From the NCBI GenBank assembly GCA_000708835.1, contig DF237045.1, forward strand, positions 1 through 64,000: a stretch of DNA of 64,000 nucleotides. The letters run 5' to 3'. Below are positions 46,624 through 60,591 of the stretch, piece after piece. A program made the position numbers and the translations under genes. The notes below the pieces were generated by a model. It was not told the origin of the DNA. It was given only the letters and a program-made list of their open reading frames with translations, and searched no databases. Position 1 is the stretch's first letter; each line of letters starts with the position of its first letter. Source of the stretch: Klebsormidium nitens (lineage: Eukaryota > Plantae > Klebsormidiophyceae).

Positions 46624-49600
46624 ATGGCTTTGAGCTCCACGCTATTCGCACATCTGCCACTGATTCCCGGCAGGCAGTGCTTTGAGCCGCTTTCAAGCAC
46701 GCCACTCGTCAACAAGCTCCCCCTAAGTCTGCCTAGTCCCACCCTTCGCATTCCTTACAGATCAGGCTCGTTCGTCTGCCGTGCTGCCCCTATGCCAGCC
46801 CCTGAAAGGCCCGCCCAAGCTTCCAAACCTCGCGTGCGGCCAAACCCTAAGTTCGGGAGGCAAGCACCGCCAGCCTCAAGCAGAAACCCCCAATCAGGCC
46901 GCAAACCAAAACTATTTCCGGAAGAAACTTTTGACGCGTCCTTGGACTCTGTTCCTGCGATCGGATGGATCACGCCCGTGAGCATGCCCCGTCGGCGGAG
47001 GGGCCCGTCCGTCCCCGAGCGGTGGCCGAACGAGGAAGAAATGGAGCAGCATGGGTGGGACACCGATCACGACTTTCCAGAACCCCCCCGGAAAGGTTCG
47101 CGCAGCAGCCCTGTGCTCCACGGCAGGGGGATGAACACGCCTAAGCTCAGGGTTCGCGCGAGCCCCTCGGCGCAAGAGGGGTCGTATAAGTCGGCGGCGC
47201 CGGTGGAGTTTCAGGGCACGGGAGATATCGTCGAGGACGTGATTAGGGCGCTGAGAAGGCGGCCCGCGGCACCGGAGGCGGTGCGCGATGTGATGGGAGT
47301 GTATGGGGTGCACATGGGGAAGTATGACGTGATTGCGACCGTGACCGCGCTGCAGAAGCGGCATGACTGGCGACGGTGTTCCCATGTGAGTGGGTTTGTT
47401 TGTTGATTGTTGGGCTGGGAAGAACGAGTCGCAGATTATCCAAGGGGGCAAGATATTATCCAGGGGCCAAGATGTCTTAGCGGCTAGTTTGTGTGTGCTT
47501 CAGGGGGTCCAGTTGCAGATGAAAGCTGTTGCTCAGGTGCTTGATTGGGACTCTCGTGGTTGTAAACAGCTTGGGACAGCACTCAACTAAAGTGGTGCTG
47601 TTGCCCCTTACTGGTCTTGAGCAGATCTGGACATCTTTTGCAGCAATACTACAGGTTATATGTCATGGAATCACTCAGATTCTGGTAACCGCCATCTGCG
47701 GGGCATATTCTTTGAATCCAGATCAGATATCAAAGTGTGAGGAGTTCTTGGTATCGCACACTTCTTCTGGGACTCGTTTGGCTGCCGCACCTGTCTCCCT
47801 TTTTCTCCTACTTCATCGATCTCATCAAGGACGTTCTTTCGTGGTTAACGTGATGAGGACCTTTCAGGACCATTCAAGAGAGCGTTACAATGTGGTGAAG
47901 CGGTTGCTTACAATTATTTCATCTGAGTAGTAAGAGCTCCCGTGCTGTGAAAGGTTCTTTCCGTTTTGTGTGCTCAAAGTTGCTCCGATCTCTCAAGGTA
48001 GAGTACTGCCTGTGATTCTTTTCGCCCTGTCGTTGTATCCTTTCATGTTGAACTGTGATCACGGGGCGTCCTTGTCGTCATTTCGACCTTCTTCCCCACG
48101 AGTTTGCTACATCAACTGCTGACCCTTTGTTGGATTTCGAATCTTGCGCAGATGTTTTGCTGGATGAAGAAGCAGGCGTGGCACCGCCCCAACCTGCGCT
48201 TCTACACGGGCATGATGAACTTCTTGGGAAAGCACGGGCAGGCAGAGCTGGTCACATTGCTCTTCCAGGTAAAGAGCGCTCTATGTGATTTCCCGGGAGT
48301 CTGTGTATTCTCGGGGGTGCTTGGGCTTGGTTCTACCTACTGCCTGGCTGATTTGTCACCAAAGCGGGGGCAAGCAAGAGTGAAGCAGCACTCTCCTCGC
48401 AAGCGACTTCGGTGCCGTTCCATCGGCAGCAGAAAGTGCCTTCCTTGTGCAAAGTTGGGAGCTTCGAAGGTTCTATCGCTCGGGCAAAGCCCATATTATT
48501 CATTTTCGAGAGATGTGGCGCTGCCTTGCTTTTAATATTCTAACGTTTCGACTCGTAGGCTGGATCTTAGACTCATGGTACAGGAAACGTTCTTGTCTGC
48601 TCCTGTCCACAACTTTTTTGTCTGTGGTACCTGCTCTTTGCTGTTATTGGACGGATTCGAGAGCTGGTCGTACCCTTGAGGGCTTTGGTGATTTTAGAAG
48701 TCGAACATGTACCTTATCTTGAGTTTAGGATGGCTTGAAAGGGGTTTCATTCAAGAAACCTCGAAACTTCCCCTCTCAGAAGAGCGTAGTGTTGCAAACT
48801 CCTGCCTCTGATGCAACAGTCGACTCCAACCTCTCAAAGCTAAAGATATGTGTAGAAAGGTCAGCCAGCGAGTCAGACTTTCGCTTCAGTCGTTGCAGAG
48901 CAAGTCGGCTGTGGAAGCTGGGCAAATGTTCAACTCGAATCTTCTTTACATACCTCCCAACTTGATCTCTCCCTGCTTCTCCAACTTCAGTTTTTTTCAA
49001 AACCCCTTCTTGTAGGAGATCCTCCTCGAAAAGTTGCAACCGGACAACTACACCTTCACGGCGCTCATCAACTGCTACGGCCGCGTCCAAATGTTCAGCG
49101 AGGCGCTCGCTGTCTTCAACCACATGAAGACCGAGACCGGCCCTTGCCGACCAAACACCGTCACTTGCAATGCACTAATTGGCGCGCTGTGCCGGGGGGG
49201 AGAGTACTCCAGAGCGCTGGAGATTTTCTCCGACATGAAAACGGGGGCGAACGGCTTGAAGGGGTGCAAACCGAACGGGGTGACGTCGAATATTCTCATT
49301 TCGGCGCTGTGCAAGGCGGGGTGCATAGAGGAGGCCGAGGCGATCTTGCGAAACATGGGCGATCCGAAGAGGGATCCCCTCGGGGCGCCAAATGTCGTCA
49401 CGTACAACACGCTGATGGACGCGTGCGCCAAGAACGGGATGACGCGCAAGGCTGAGGCGTTCTTTGCCGAGATGCGCGAGCGAGGTTTCGTCGCTGACGT
49501 CATCACGTACACGGCAATGATTGACGCGTACGGGAAGGAGGGGCTTTGCGAGGAGGCGGAGAGAATGTTTCAGGAGATGCAAAGCGCGGGGTGTAAAGCG

Positions 49601-50644
49601 GACAGTTGGGCGTTCACCGCTCTGATCGACGCCTACGGAAAAGGCGGTCAGCCGGGACTTGCCGAGTCAGCGTTTGGGAAGATGACGTCGCAAGGGCTGG
49701 AACCGACGGACGTGACGTTCCTGGCGCTGATCGACGCGTTTGCGAAGGCGGGGCGGTGCGCGGAGGCAGGGGTGTGGTTTAGTCGGATGAAGAAAGCCGG
49801 GTTCAAGCCGACGGCGTTGCATTATAGTGCTCTGATGGACGGGTATGGCCGGGGCGGAAAGTACAAGGAAGCCGCGGAGCTGTTCCGGGAGATGCAGCGG
49901 GGGGGTTGCGCGCCAACGACGGTGACGTACTCGGCACTCTTGACGGCGTGCAGTAAATGCAGCACGTGGGAAGAGGCGCTCGTTTTGCTGTACGTTCTGA
50001 ACGAGTCCGGGAAAGATGTGGAGTTGGCGATATGTCGGCTGGTTATGGGGAGTCCCGGGGAGGCGGGTCTGTGGGAAAATGCGGCGCGGCTTTTCCGGAA
50101 GGTCGGGGGAGACAACCGGGCAATCCGGCGGTCGTTTTTCAACGCTTTGTTGGACGTTCTGTGGGCGTTCGGGCTGAAAGCGCGGGCGAACCGGGTGCTC
50201 ACGACCGCTCGGCAAAGTGGCGCGTATTTAGAATCGGATCTCTGCTCGTTCCGTGATACGTGCTGGGAGCTCGATCTGCACTCAATGGGCGTCGGAGCCG
50301 CGCAAACGATGGTGCTTCAGTGGCTAGCCGAGATCCGGACCGCCCTCGCGTGGGGCGCCAAGATTCCGGCGGAAGTGACAATCGTAACCGGATGGGGGAA
50401 GCACACACGCGCGGGGGCATCCCCGGTGAAAGTGGCGGTAAGGCAGCTCCTGGATAATCTAGGGGTGCCGGTGAGATTGGTCGCCGGGAACGGGGGTCGG
50501 GTGACGTTCACCGGGTCCGAGCTGCTGACGTGGCTGAGGTCAGCGGAGGGGCGAGACCGTTTAGTCATGACGGATGTGGTGCGGCCAGGACCGGAGCAGG
50601 AGAGGCGGAAAGAAAGGAGGGAATTACGGTTCTTTGCGAGATAG
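46624..50644 (+). CDS. Plastid P-type PPR protein with C-terminal SMR domain (GUN1/pTAC2-related group)
   Basis: Transit-peptide-like N-terminus (MALSSTLFAHLP...VCRAA); exons 46624-47385, 48152-48268, 49016-50644; about 10 PPR motifs (e.g. VVTYNTLMDACAKNG); FFNALLDVLW; SMR motifs LDLHSMGVGAA and TIVTGWGKH. Confidence 0.93.
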
Positions 50645-51009
50645 TAGGGGTTAGACTTGTTGTAAAGGGACAGAGCCTGCATTTGCAGTATGTACAGATA
50701 TGATTCTTTGGCTTTGACATAGGCCGCCATTCTTTGTGAATAGCCGTGGCCTGTGAAAGAGACACAAAATGGGTTGTAGTGCCTGTGGCTCAAGAATGAG
50801 GAGAAACTGTTCTGGAGGCGATGTTAACTAGCAAAATAGACGATTGCATGTTTGCTTATAAGCCATTGAGTCTAATACCGCCTCAGTGTCCTTGCCGTAT
50901 GTCCATCCGGGCTTGGACTTTCCATGTGACACTGCAATCCTACTAAGAATTTGAGCAAACCCTTCTGAAATGTTTTTAAATTTACGAGTCCATCGCTGTT
51001 GTCAACCTT

Positions 51010-51327
51010 CATGGCTCAAATTGTTGCATGCAGTGTGCAGGTACGGTATGGGCGACCCGCATACTGTGATGCGGCTAGCTGCTATATGCTTGCCGTGCTA
51101 ACATGCGTGCATGTGCACAGCATACCACATGCATGATACAAAATCAGTACAACCGTCTGCGTTGACTGCTTAAGTGAGTCGAGTGACTCAGTCCTGCTTA
51201 ACCAACTGGTCCTCCGACCGACTCAGGCTCGATCGGAGCCGCCTGCTCATTGCATGATTCTTCGAGTTGTAGCTTTGGCATGCGTGCGGCCATGGACTCA
51301 TCGCAGCTAATTTACAGTTGGTGCATG
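51010..51327. other. CATG/RY-motif-rich intergenic island 4
   Basis: 10 CATG in ~320 bp, downstream of the PPR-SMR stop. Confidence 0.5.
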
Positions 51328-51543
51328 ATAACGGATCGAGATCGAGAGGACGCTGTGATACATAACGTCAGTCCTTTTAGTCAGCGCGCGCCGGCTTCAA
51401 AGCCTTCTTATCAATCAATGGTGCACCGCCATTTTTACCGTCACGTTGACCTGGGAATGCTCCGACAATTTTAGTACCATTTGTGAGCAGAGCCGACATG
51501 GATAGGATAGCAACAAAGAAAGTATGACTGCATCATGGCGCGT

Positions 51544-52137
51544 CTACTCATATAAAACTGAACTTGAGCAGCTATATACGTATTCAGGGGTTGAGAGGAA
51601 ACGGAACAGTTTCCAAAAACCATGACGACCGCAAGACTTCTTACGCCTGAGCACTGGCGACTCTTCGTCCCTACAATTTTTGCCAACCTGCTGGCCCGAT
51701 AGCGTCTTTTTAGATGCCAAGCTGGGGTACGTTTTGGTCCAAAGCGCCCCTAGCTCAATGTAGTCCTTGAACAAAGCTTTACTTGCACGGTTCTCAAGAG
51801 AAGCTCGATCTCGTGCAACAATCCGCTCCAATTACTCTTCTTCTTTTGGAGCTACTGGTACCCTATTGCTTGCTTGTTACCATACTCGTCCTACTTCACT
51901 ACTACTTTTGCTGAACCTCTCAATCCTGATCGTCTTCATGATTTGCTGCTTCTGTGCCCGTGAAAGACCCTCCTCGGCTTCTTCTTCGCTTCGATGAGCT
52001 TGCACGGCTCCTTTTTGATCATCATTGACCTTTGACACTTTGGTAGACCAGAAGAATGATGAACTTTCTGGCGGCGAATTTCCTACAGTTGAGCCGTCTC
52101 CCTCTTCATCCATCCTTGCCAAACGAAGCTGTTTCAA
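51544..52137 (-). pseudogene. Decayed ORF of unknown family, charged (E/K/R-rich)
   Basis: ORFs 51877-52137 and 51544-51831 are the same frame, separated by two TAA codons (51877-51879, 51832-51834); about 198 codons in total. Confidence 0.35.
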
Positions 52138-55100
52138 GGAGTAAGCTTTGTCGGCCTCTGCGGAGGAGCGACTTCAGTTAGGGGTCAATTCTGGACGAGA
52201 CGGAATCTACACTACAAGGGCGTTTTCCTTTTGAGACGCGGGTCCTCCCAATTCTCATCCATGAATTTGTCTTACGCACGTACAATTGGGTCATAATAAA
52301 GTTACAGTCCCGACCTTCCGAAAGTGCACCGGAAAAGCCATCTTTGACTTCGAACATCCTAAAGCAAAACCCTCCTTCATTACAAGAGCATCTCTCACTG
52401 AGGTGTGCAGTGCAAATTCCTTCCGCTCGATGGCTCTGTAAGGGACAGCTTTGCAACTGAAAGGCTGCTCAGCCCACCAGGAAACTCATTTGGTCGTCAT
52501 CACCCATAAGTGGCAGGTATGGTTCACAAACATCGACAAGTGCCATCGGATTGCGGCTGGCTGAACCATCCGCCCTACAATCTCGTGACCTGCTCACCCG
52601 TTACTGGCACGGAAACGTTTCAGAGACACAAAGAACAGAGGCCGGCATAGTCTAGAGTTTGATTCTGCTCAGATCATCCCATGAGGTCTTTCTGATTCGT
52701 GAACATCGTGGAAGACATCAAGAAGGCCTCAGCGGCACCGCAAGAATATGCTAGTCCTCGGTAGGCATCGCGCTCCGGTCGTTCCCAGAGGCGATCACCT
52801 TTGCGCCATCAGGAACTAAAGTAAGCTCCCAAGCGAGACACTCAGCCACCAGGGAAAAAGCCAGGAATTACAGAGGCAAAAGGACTGATGCTCACAGTTG
52901 CGTACGCAGAGTGCCCACCAGTACTAGAGAGAGGCTTAGAACGACGGCAAAAGACTCGTGGCCACAGCCACTCAAGCTGGTGGTCAAAACGAGGACACTT
53001 GCATCTTCGCCCTTGCTCGTACAAAGGTGCAGGCTACGCTTCTCCAAAGAGGGTTCTCTTCGCTGTGTATCAAGAAAAGGTCTGCATAAACGCAGATTGC
53101 AAGCTCGTATTGGATGTAGAATGTCCTCCGAGTTTGTCCTGCGTTGACACACCAAGACGATAGTTGAGCGGTTCCCGTTGAAGTAAATATACGCAGCCTT
53201 CAAGCAGTGCTTTCTTGACCACCTTGTCAGCGGGACCCGATTTGCTTCCGGCTCGTGTGATCCTAAATTCATTGGAAGCCGGATGAGTGGCCTGTGATCC
53301 CAACGTGGTAGTCCACTCATGGCCCAGCCAGTCAACCTACGGCCGATACGCAATACAAACGCAGTACGAATTCTTGTCACGCCCTCTTAGAATACTCTTG
53401 TAAAGAGGCAATCTCACAAGTGACGAGATCGCATCGTTCTTGTTGGGCAATGAGCATGAGATGACGAAGTGGGCAGCCCTGCCCTTAATGTTTTATGAAG
53501 TTCTCTCTGCTGAAGCTGGTCTGTGTTTGCATCAAACATATGGATTGTTTCACTTTCATATCGTGTTTGAAACAGACCTGAGGGCAACGCAAGCGAGGTT
53601 TTATTTCCTCTCTTGCCTCGAAGAATAATTACTTGCAGGTCGGATTCAAAAACCCTCGCGAAGGGGTGTATTTGATCGAGTATTTGACCGAGTACCTAAT
53701 CCATTACTGTAAAGGCTCACGACGGCACACATGATGCAGGGCCGAATTAGAACCCACCAACTCACCGTGAGTACCCTGACTTCATTGCCCACGCTGAACT
53801 GACCAAGGCAAGCACGTCGTCCGGTGCGAAGTTCAGGATTTGCAAAAATCCTGTTCGACGTCATGTTCCGGTCACCAAAATTCATTTGTATTGATCTCTG
53901 GGCTATTTGGGGCTCGACAGCGTCAAGCTTCGAAGGTGGGGAAGAAGCACCTTTTAATGACACTCGATTGTGATGAATTGCGGGGGAGAGATTGGTCTAT
54001 GCTTTTATATACCATCCGATGCAAAAAATTCTCTTAAAAAGAAGAGTGTACGTAAGTAAGAGACTCGAGTCGAGGTGATCAGTGCATCTTCTGCAAAAGA
54101 GTTTCAGTCAGCTGTCAATCACCATGCCTGTAATATCTGAAACGAGAAAGGACTGAGCAATCGAGCCAAGTGAATTAGAAGAAGAACCGAGGTTTCTGTC
54201 CAAAAAGAGTGAGCGTAGCCATTCACCAGGGGGGCAGCTATAGTTTCAAAAACGGTTTCAGGATAATGACGCCTTTGTGAGGGAAGTTTCCTCGAACAAA
54301 GTGAATGACTTCCATCCTTACCACGACGTACTTTCCGCTTGGCGTGCCAGAACCTGCATTTTGATAGTACTCGGATGATTCTGTTTGTGTAATGTGATAT
54401 GCCCCATCAACGGAAACATAATATATGTTGTAAGATAAGCACTGGCTGCCAAAATCGAAGTCGGCTGCTTTCAACCCAATATGTTTCTAGCCGTTCTTAC
54501 TCTCAAGAACTCAAGATTCGAATGACCTTCGGTAAAAAAAATCGATATTCAATGTTCCAGTGACGGATTGTGTGCTGACCGGGGCCGCGCCCGGTTTCGA
54601 CTATCCGCGCGCGCCGCGGCCAGCCGGGCATTGGGCAATCAGCCCATCTTGGCAGAACGTCCCTCTGACAACCATTTTCAAGCTTCCTGGAGACGGGGCA
54701 CCGTTCTTGTGGACATACAACGACAAAGACCAGCAGGATCTGGCCGATGTGCGGGAATTATTCCATACGGATTTCGTTCTTCGATCCCAGGCTCTAAATA
54801 TGCCGAACGAGTTAAACGGCCTCTGCGGCAACACAAGAATCTGAAGTTTCTCGGAGAGCATCTCTTCTTTGCGCCATCAAATCAAAAGTGTGCGGCCAAC
54901 TACAGCTACCAACGTAAAGCGAGAATAACGGAAGCAAGAGGACCGATCCTGACGCGTGAGAAAATCGGACTGCCCACCAAAGAGGCTCAGCAGCTAATTC
55001 ATCCCTCCTGTTGCAGATCATGGCCACCGCCGCTTGAACATGCTAATGACAAACACGGACCGTTTCATCTTCGCCATTGCTTGTTCAAACAGTATCGGAT

Positions 55101-58099
55101 TTGATGTTAATATCCAGAGCAGATTCCCTCGCCAGCTTTGCATCCAGTACCCGGTTCCGCAAAGCAGATACCAGAGAATTCCATTATATGACATGCAGCT
55201 TTCCGAGTTGCTTGAAATCGACGCACAAAGTTGATAGCGCAGAACTGTATTTGTTGAGGCGAAACTCGTGTACGAAGCCCTCATGCAGTGCTTAATCGAA
55301 GAGCTTGTCTGCATGACCAGACGCGCCTGTGGCTCGAGTGAAGTACGCTTGCATGTGGGAAACGGAAGGTCTGCTTGCGCTCCCAGCAAACTAAGCAATC
55401 ATCTCATGGCCTGTGCAGACGGCAGCCAGTCGGAGCAAAAATGCGCTGTACCTAATCACGAACCGAATTGTGGGCTGCTGAAGCATTCGCATGAAGACGA
55501 GTTTGGCAAGAGCTTGCACGAGTAACTAAAAATCTGTCGCAAAGATTACGCAGTGGAAGAATGAGCAGCCCCGGCGTCGCAGTGCATGGGCTACGTCTCT
55601 TGCCACCGATGGTATCATGCATATGATTTCAAAGATGTCGAAACAGACGAGTAAAAGCGAACACTTTCCCGAGACATTTCCCTCTCCTTCGTCGACTTTC
55701 GGATGCTTCAATGGAGAGTGCGCATGGGGCTCAAGCAAAACCTCTTGTCACCCGAAGACTGAAAGGGACTCAGAGTGCAGCAATTCAACCTGGCCAGTAG
55801 GGAATGAACCCAGCCAGGAGACAGGATGGCGGAAGAGACTTGCGATCCGCTCGAGAACCTGACAGCTCAATTCGGATCTCTGAACCTGCCTGATGTTGGT
55901 GCGAATGCAAAACGCACCTCCGAACAAGTATTCGTGACGGCTGAAATCACTTGAAGCCTGAGAGAATTGTCATGCCCTCCAATAACGTCGGAATGGTGCC
56001 AAAACTTTCGAGGTTTCCGGCAGAACGTGTGGCAAATGCGACACTCGACGTGTATCTTCCATTTAAAGACTCTTGGGCAGAACCGCCAGCATCATAAAAC
56101 CCAGCAAGTGGGCGGGAGGAGCCTATGCAAACCACACAAGTGACGAGGGGTTCACATTCTTCACTGCTGCCGGTTCGATGTAAAACGCCACAACAGAGGC
56201 TGACAAGCTAGTCCTGTCGGATTGCAGGGCGTTCGACCAGAATAAGGTTCCCAGACCATTTCTTCGCCTGGCAGCAACTACGTGGAAAAGCTTTACAAAC
56301 AACTAACGGTGATTGGGGCTACGTCATCCTTGATCTGCAGTGTCGATTAGCGATAGCATATGGCAGCCACTGAAAGCTCATGATGATTCAGTCATCATCC
56401 ATCTTCAACTTTAGATGCGGCTGCAACAAGCGCCGGTAGAGAGGGGCAGTTACTACCACTTGCGCGACCCTCATCGGACAAAAAGAGAGAGCGTCACAAA
56501 GAGGAAGAACCGAAACATCTAACTTATAAATCAATCGGCGATCTGTGTTAGACAGCTTTATAGCTTGGGACTGCACAAGCAAGTAAGCATCCAGTGGACC
56601 AAACAGAGCCCACCTAATTTCTTTCAACACGGCCGTTCAGATAATAAGACCAGAGCCGCCGGATCGACAAGACAAAATCCACTGAAGTGGTCGTTCTACT
56701 TATCCGACTGATGAAGCGTCACCTGGCCAGCGGCTTCCCAGTATCTGCCAATGATGACGGCATTATCCAGCTCGCCAGGTGACCGTCTCATCTAATGACC
56801 TGCACGTTATTACAAGCGCTCAAATATGCCGAGATGTCTTGTGGTTAAGTTCGTGGAAAGGAAGACCAACTGGCTGGCTTGAAACTTACGTCACTCGCAC
56901 GTATCTTCACAACTTTGACAAAAAGGGAAGCCTACAGCACACTTCATCTGCAGAAGTGTGCATGCCCATATTCCTTTGTAGCTCTTTTCCGAACCTTTCA
57001 AGCATCGGATCGGAGACTCAGGTAGCTCGCTGCGGATCCTTAGTCACAACATTACAAAGATTGTTTACGCGAAACGTTCTCCCAAACAGTTCTGGACAGC
57101 TTAGGTGGACCACGAAAATGCAGTAGGCACCGCCCATTATTTGTCATCATTGCCGCCTTCATGTCATGACCTTCGGATTCTCACACAGAGGACCAATGAG
57201 CTGCTAGATATCTCCCCTTCCGATAACCGCCAGTCTAACCTGTGTAACATCAGACCCACTAACAGCAACGACCAATTTCTCGTACTCCTATCATATCCTC
57301 ATCGTAAACGAGTTGCGCTTCAGTTTCTGAGGCAGGTTACCGCTAACTAACAGCTCATCAGCGCGGAATAAGCTTTAAGCCTGTCTTTGGTTTTGCCAGC
57401 ACGACTGCAAAACTGACTTTTCGTATGAAAGTCGCTCGTCCTCATACTGGTGGCAAAAGCGGCTCCCATGCACGGTAGCCATTGCATTGCACAACTGGCA
57501 CTGATGTAGACGAATGACGTGCGTATTGAGATTCGAAGCTGCCCCGTAGGACGCACTTGGAATGCCTTCGAGGGACTCAACTTGCGCTGCCTTGGATAGG
57601 CATGCTTACAGCGGCCAACTCATCCTTGGCACAGACCTACCAGAATTTTAGATGTTTTCGTGCCTTTAAGGGCGTCAGATACACCAGACAGATGTGCTTG
57701 CCACAGCCAAATGGGTATGGCAGACGTTTCTATTCTTCGACCGGACCTTTTTATACCAAGGCGTGACCTTCTTTGCAGGAAAGCAAAGGTAATTGAGGAG
57801 CAAGATTTCCTTCTTGCAAGAAGCGGCAACACTCTTGACCGTTGAATCAAAGGACAAGAATCTAAGTAAAATCTATGTTTCTTTCTTGATGGTTCCGAGT
57901 GCCTCCCCTGACACTGTACGATAAGAGCCTGTGGAAGGAATCACACTTTTGTGAATCAGAAAAACTGTCTTTTCGAAGCAGATGAACCAGCTAATCAAAG
58001 AACTTCAAATCCTGTGCCCTTCTGTGTCATGACAAACAGAGGAAAAAAGGAGACTTAGATCAACGGGACAGCTCATTGGAAGGCAGGAAAAACTTGGGC

Positions 58100-58780
58100 G
58101 CAAAGTAGCCCATATTCTCGAACGCGTTCCGTCGATCCTCGCCGTTCGTACAAAAACACGGGTCAACCTGAAGGCGTAGCTTGATGTCAAAAGGTGGCGA
58201 CTATTACCAGAGTGGTCATCAGAGAAGTTAGGGAGAAGTCCCTAAAGGTCTGAAGGGCGTGTAGCATACCTGATTAGAACTACAGAAAAGCAGATTTTCA
58301 TCTGAGCCGGAAGGGTCGAAGTGGGCGAGCACGATGGCAAAACGATTTGCAGACCGTGAAAGTCAGCGTCTCGCAATCCGTCGGTCCGCTCGCTATCAGA
58401 GAAAACGAGGAAGAAACAAAGTATAAGGTTTGGTTACTTCGTGCCCAGAATGCGGACTCAGATTTTCAGAACAGAAGCCTCAGGCAGCAACACAGATTGA
58501 TGAGTAACAAAGAGAAAATCTTTTGGGACAGCTTCAGTACCAGCTGTCACCAACTGACCGGGCACGGCCGTCCATGCGCCTCACATCAAAGCTGTCTTGA
58601 TCCCAATTCTAGTACAGCGGCGATACAAGAATACATTTGAACGAGCGGGGTCTTCGCTGTTGTCATCGAGGATTTTTTACCAAAATCAGCGAAGCTGGAT
58701 TGTCGAATTTTGCTTTGGAGCGTACAGCTAGTGAGTGCACGCATCCGCTTAATCAAAGCCCCTGTAGGAAGCCTTACTTC
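58100..58780 (-). pseudogene. Decayed paralog A of an unidentified protein family
   Basis: Aligns to copy B: VHSLAVRSK, RARSVGD/GPRSIGD, TPFRPLG/TPFNRLG, PPFDIKLRLQV..NGED/PPSDTGLRVLV..NGQD. Many in-frame stops. Confidence 0.55.
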
Positions 58781-59496
58781 CAATTGCCCCTGTCGCCCGC
58801 TGCACAACGGCTGAGTTTGCAGCCTTCAAGAGGCCACGGGCCGCCACGTGAATCACCTGCCCGAGTCTTTGCAAGGTAAAGGTGCCCACAAAAAAAAAAG
58901 TTCCTGAACGGAGAGGCCAATGAAAAAGTCATCGTCAGCCACCGTTGCTCGAAGGTGACGTCAGCTCTGTTTCGGCTGTAAGCCACGAAGTCCTGATATC
59001 ATTTTCGAAGCGCCTTCCGAAAGCGGACGTCCGCAGAGTCATGATACTACTGGTGGATCTGAAATCGCCGCAAATGTCGCTCGACAGAGAGTCTGCATCG
59101 ACTGCACAGATGCCGCCGGGAACCAGCTCCTACTACGCGAGAAAAGCAGTTTCGATTGGCACTTTACAGTCGCTGTCGGCGAATTGGATCCGCCCACTAT
59201 ACATGACCTCTGAATGCAAATTGTGTCGCGCTTGATAGTATTGGATCCGAGAAAGCACACTGAGTGTGTTTGGCCGCGGCCGGCTGCCGCGAACCTCGGT
59301 GCCGCCACACGCTGGGCTTCATTATTGCCAATGAATGTTTGCACCACAAGTCACATAAGAGCGTCGCAACCTGCAAAGAAGGTTGCTGGCTGACGGACGA
59401 CTTTCAACGGCGGCTGATCTTAGTCTTGACCTCACTTCTCGAGTCCTTCTCTGGGAGTGTGCAGATGAAACGTGTCAATCGAAGGTTGCTCTGGCA

Positions 59497-59604
59497 CGGC
59501 CGCAGGCTGCACGTTCGGCCGCGAGCGCCAACCGGGCGCGGCCGCGGCTTAAAGGGGCGGCCGCGAGGAAACATCGTGGCCGCGATAGATCAAGCCGCGG
59601 CCGC
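59497..59604. repeat. Periodic array of six (C/T)GGCCGC motifs
   Basis: Motif starts at 59497, 59516, 59539, 59558, 59577 and 59598 (spacing 19, 23, 19, 19, 21 bp); intervening sequences are unrelated. Confidence 0.75.
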
Positions 59605-60591
59605 GACGTCATTGCAAGGCTCGTTCATCTGATTCCTTATTTGAAGGTGCCTGCCACCGGTAATTTCTGAGATACGAAGTTCTTTCCAAGCGATGATTTC
59701 TTTAAAACTTCAAAGATGTTTGCTGGGTCGAACCGTGCACAGACCGAAGTGGGCTGGCCCTCTATCTGGCCGGCCTTCGTTAATCGACAAACGTATGAGC
59801 GTGCGGCACAGGTCAAGCTTCAAGGGATGATGAGTTATCCTAATGCATCTGCTTGGAGTTCGTCACAGACAACCAGGAAACTTGACTTCACGAAATTGTT
59901 CGACGCTGTTGAACCAAGTGAAAACTCATTAGACGTCAGAAATGCAACTTAGTGATCTCCATGCATGGTACACGAAAAGGCACGAACGAGACCAAGTCGA
60001 GAAACAGCACTCGTGACTGCTGAGCGACAAGATTGCGTTTGCAGGCATGCGATTGGAACCCACCACAGTCACTGGTCATACGAAGCCCCCTCAAAAGTAG
60101 CTTCTCAGCCAGTCGGACTGTATCACGTTTCCCCCATAAGGAACCTATTGAGGAGCGCCATCTTCTGCTTTAGTATGCTCAAAAACAGCTCATGTAAGGA
60201 ACCGGTACCAAGCGAAAAGAAGACTACAAAACTCAAGCGCAGGCGCGTAAGATTGGCAGGAAAGATTCTCGAAACAATCATGAAACAGTTGCCATGAGTT
60301 CACCGAAGCAAGCCAAAGAATAGCAATGATACACTGGCATGCGCCTCCAAGATCGGCGTTCGGAGAAAGAGCTGACTCTCCTAACGTCTTTGATCCACGT
60401 CTTTCAGAGTCGCAGAGGTTAGCTACGGCTTCCGTCTGGTCCAGCATTTCCCATGTGTCTTGGGCGTTGCCGGGTCTTCATGGCCACATAATACGGCAGC
60501 GTGATGACTTCCACGAAATGTGACTCGCGCACTGAATGAGCTTGGATCTCCCCGAAAATATGCGTTTGCGTGCCTTTCGGGACCTTGAAAA

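Noticed and set aside
54601-55398. Possible third copy of the A/B decayed family (LVLPQRPFNSFG versus IVSRTPFNRLG)
   Set aside because: Only a short peptide resemblance; the flanks do not align convincingly by eye.
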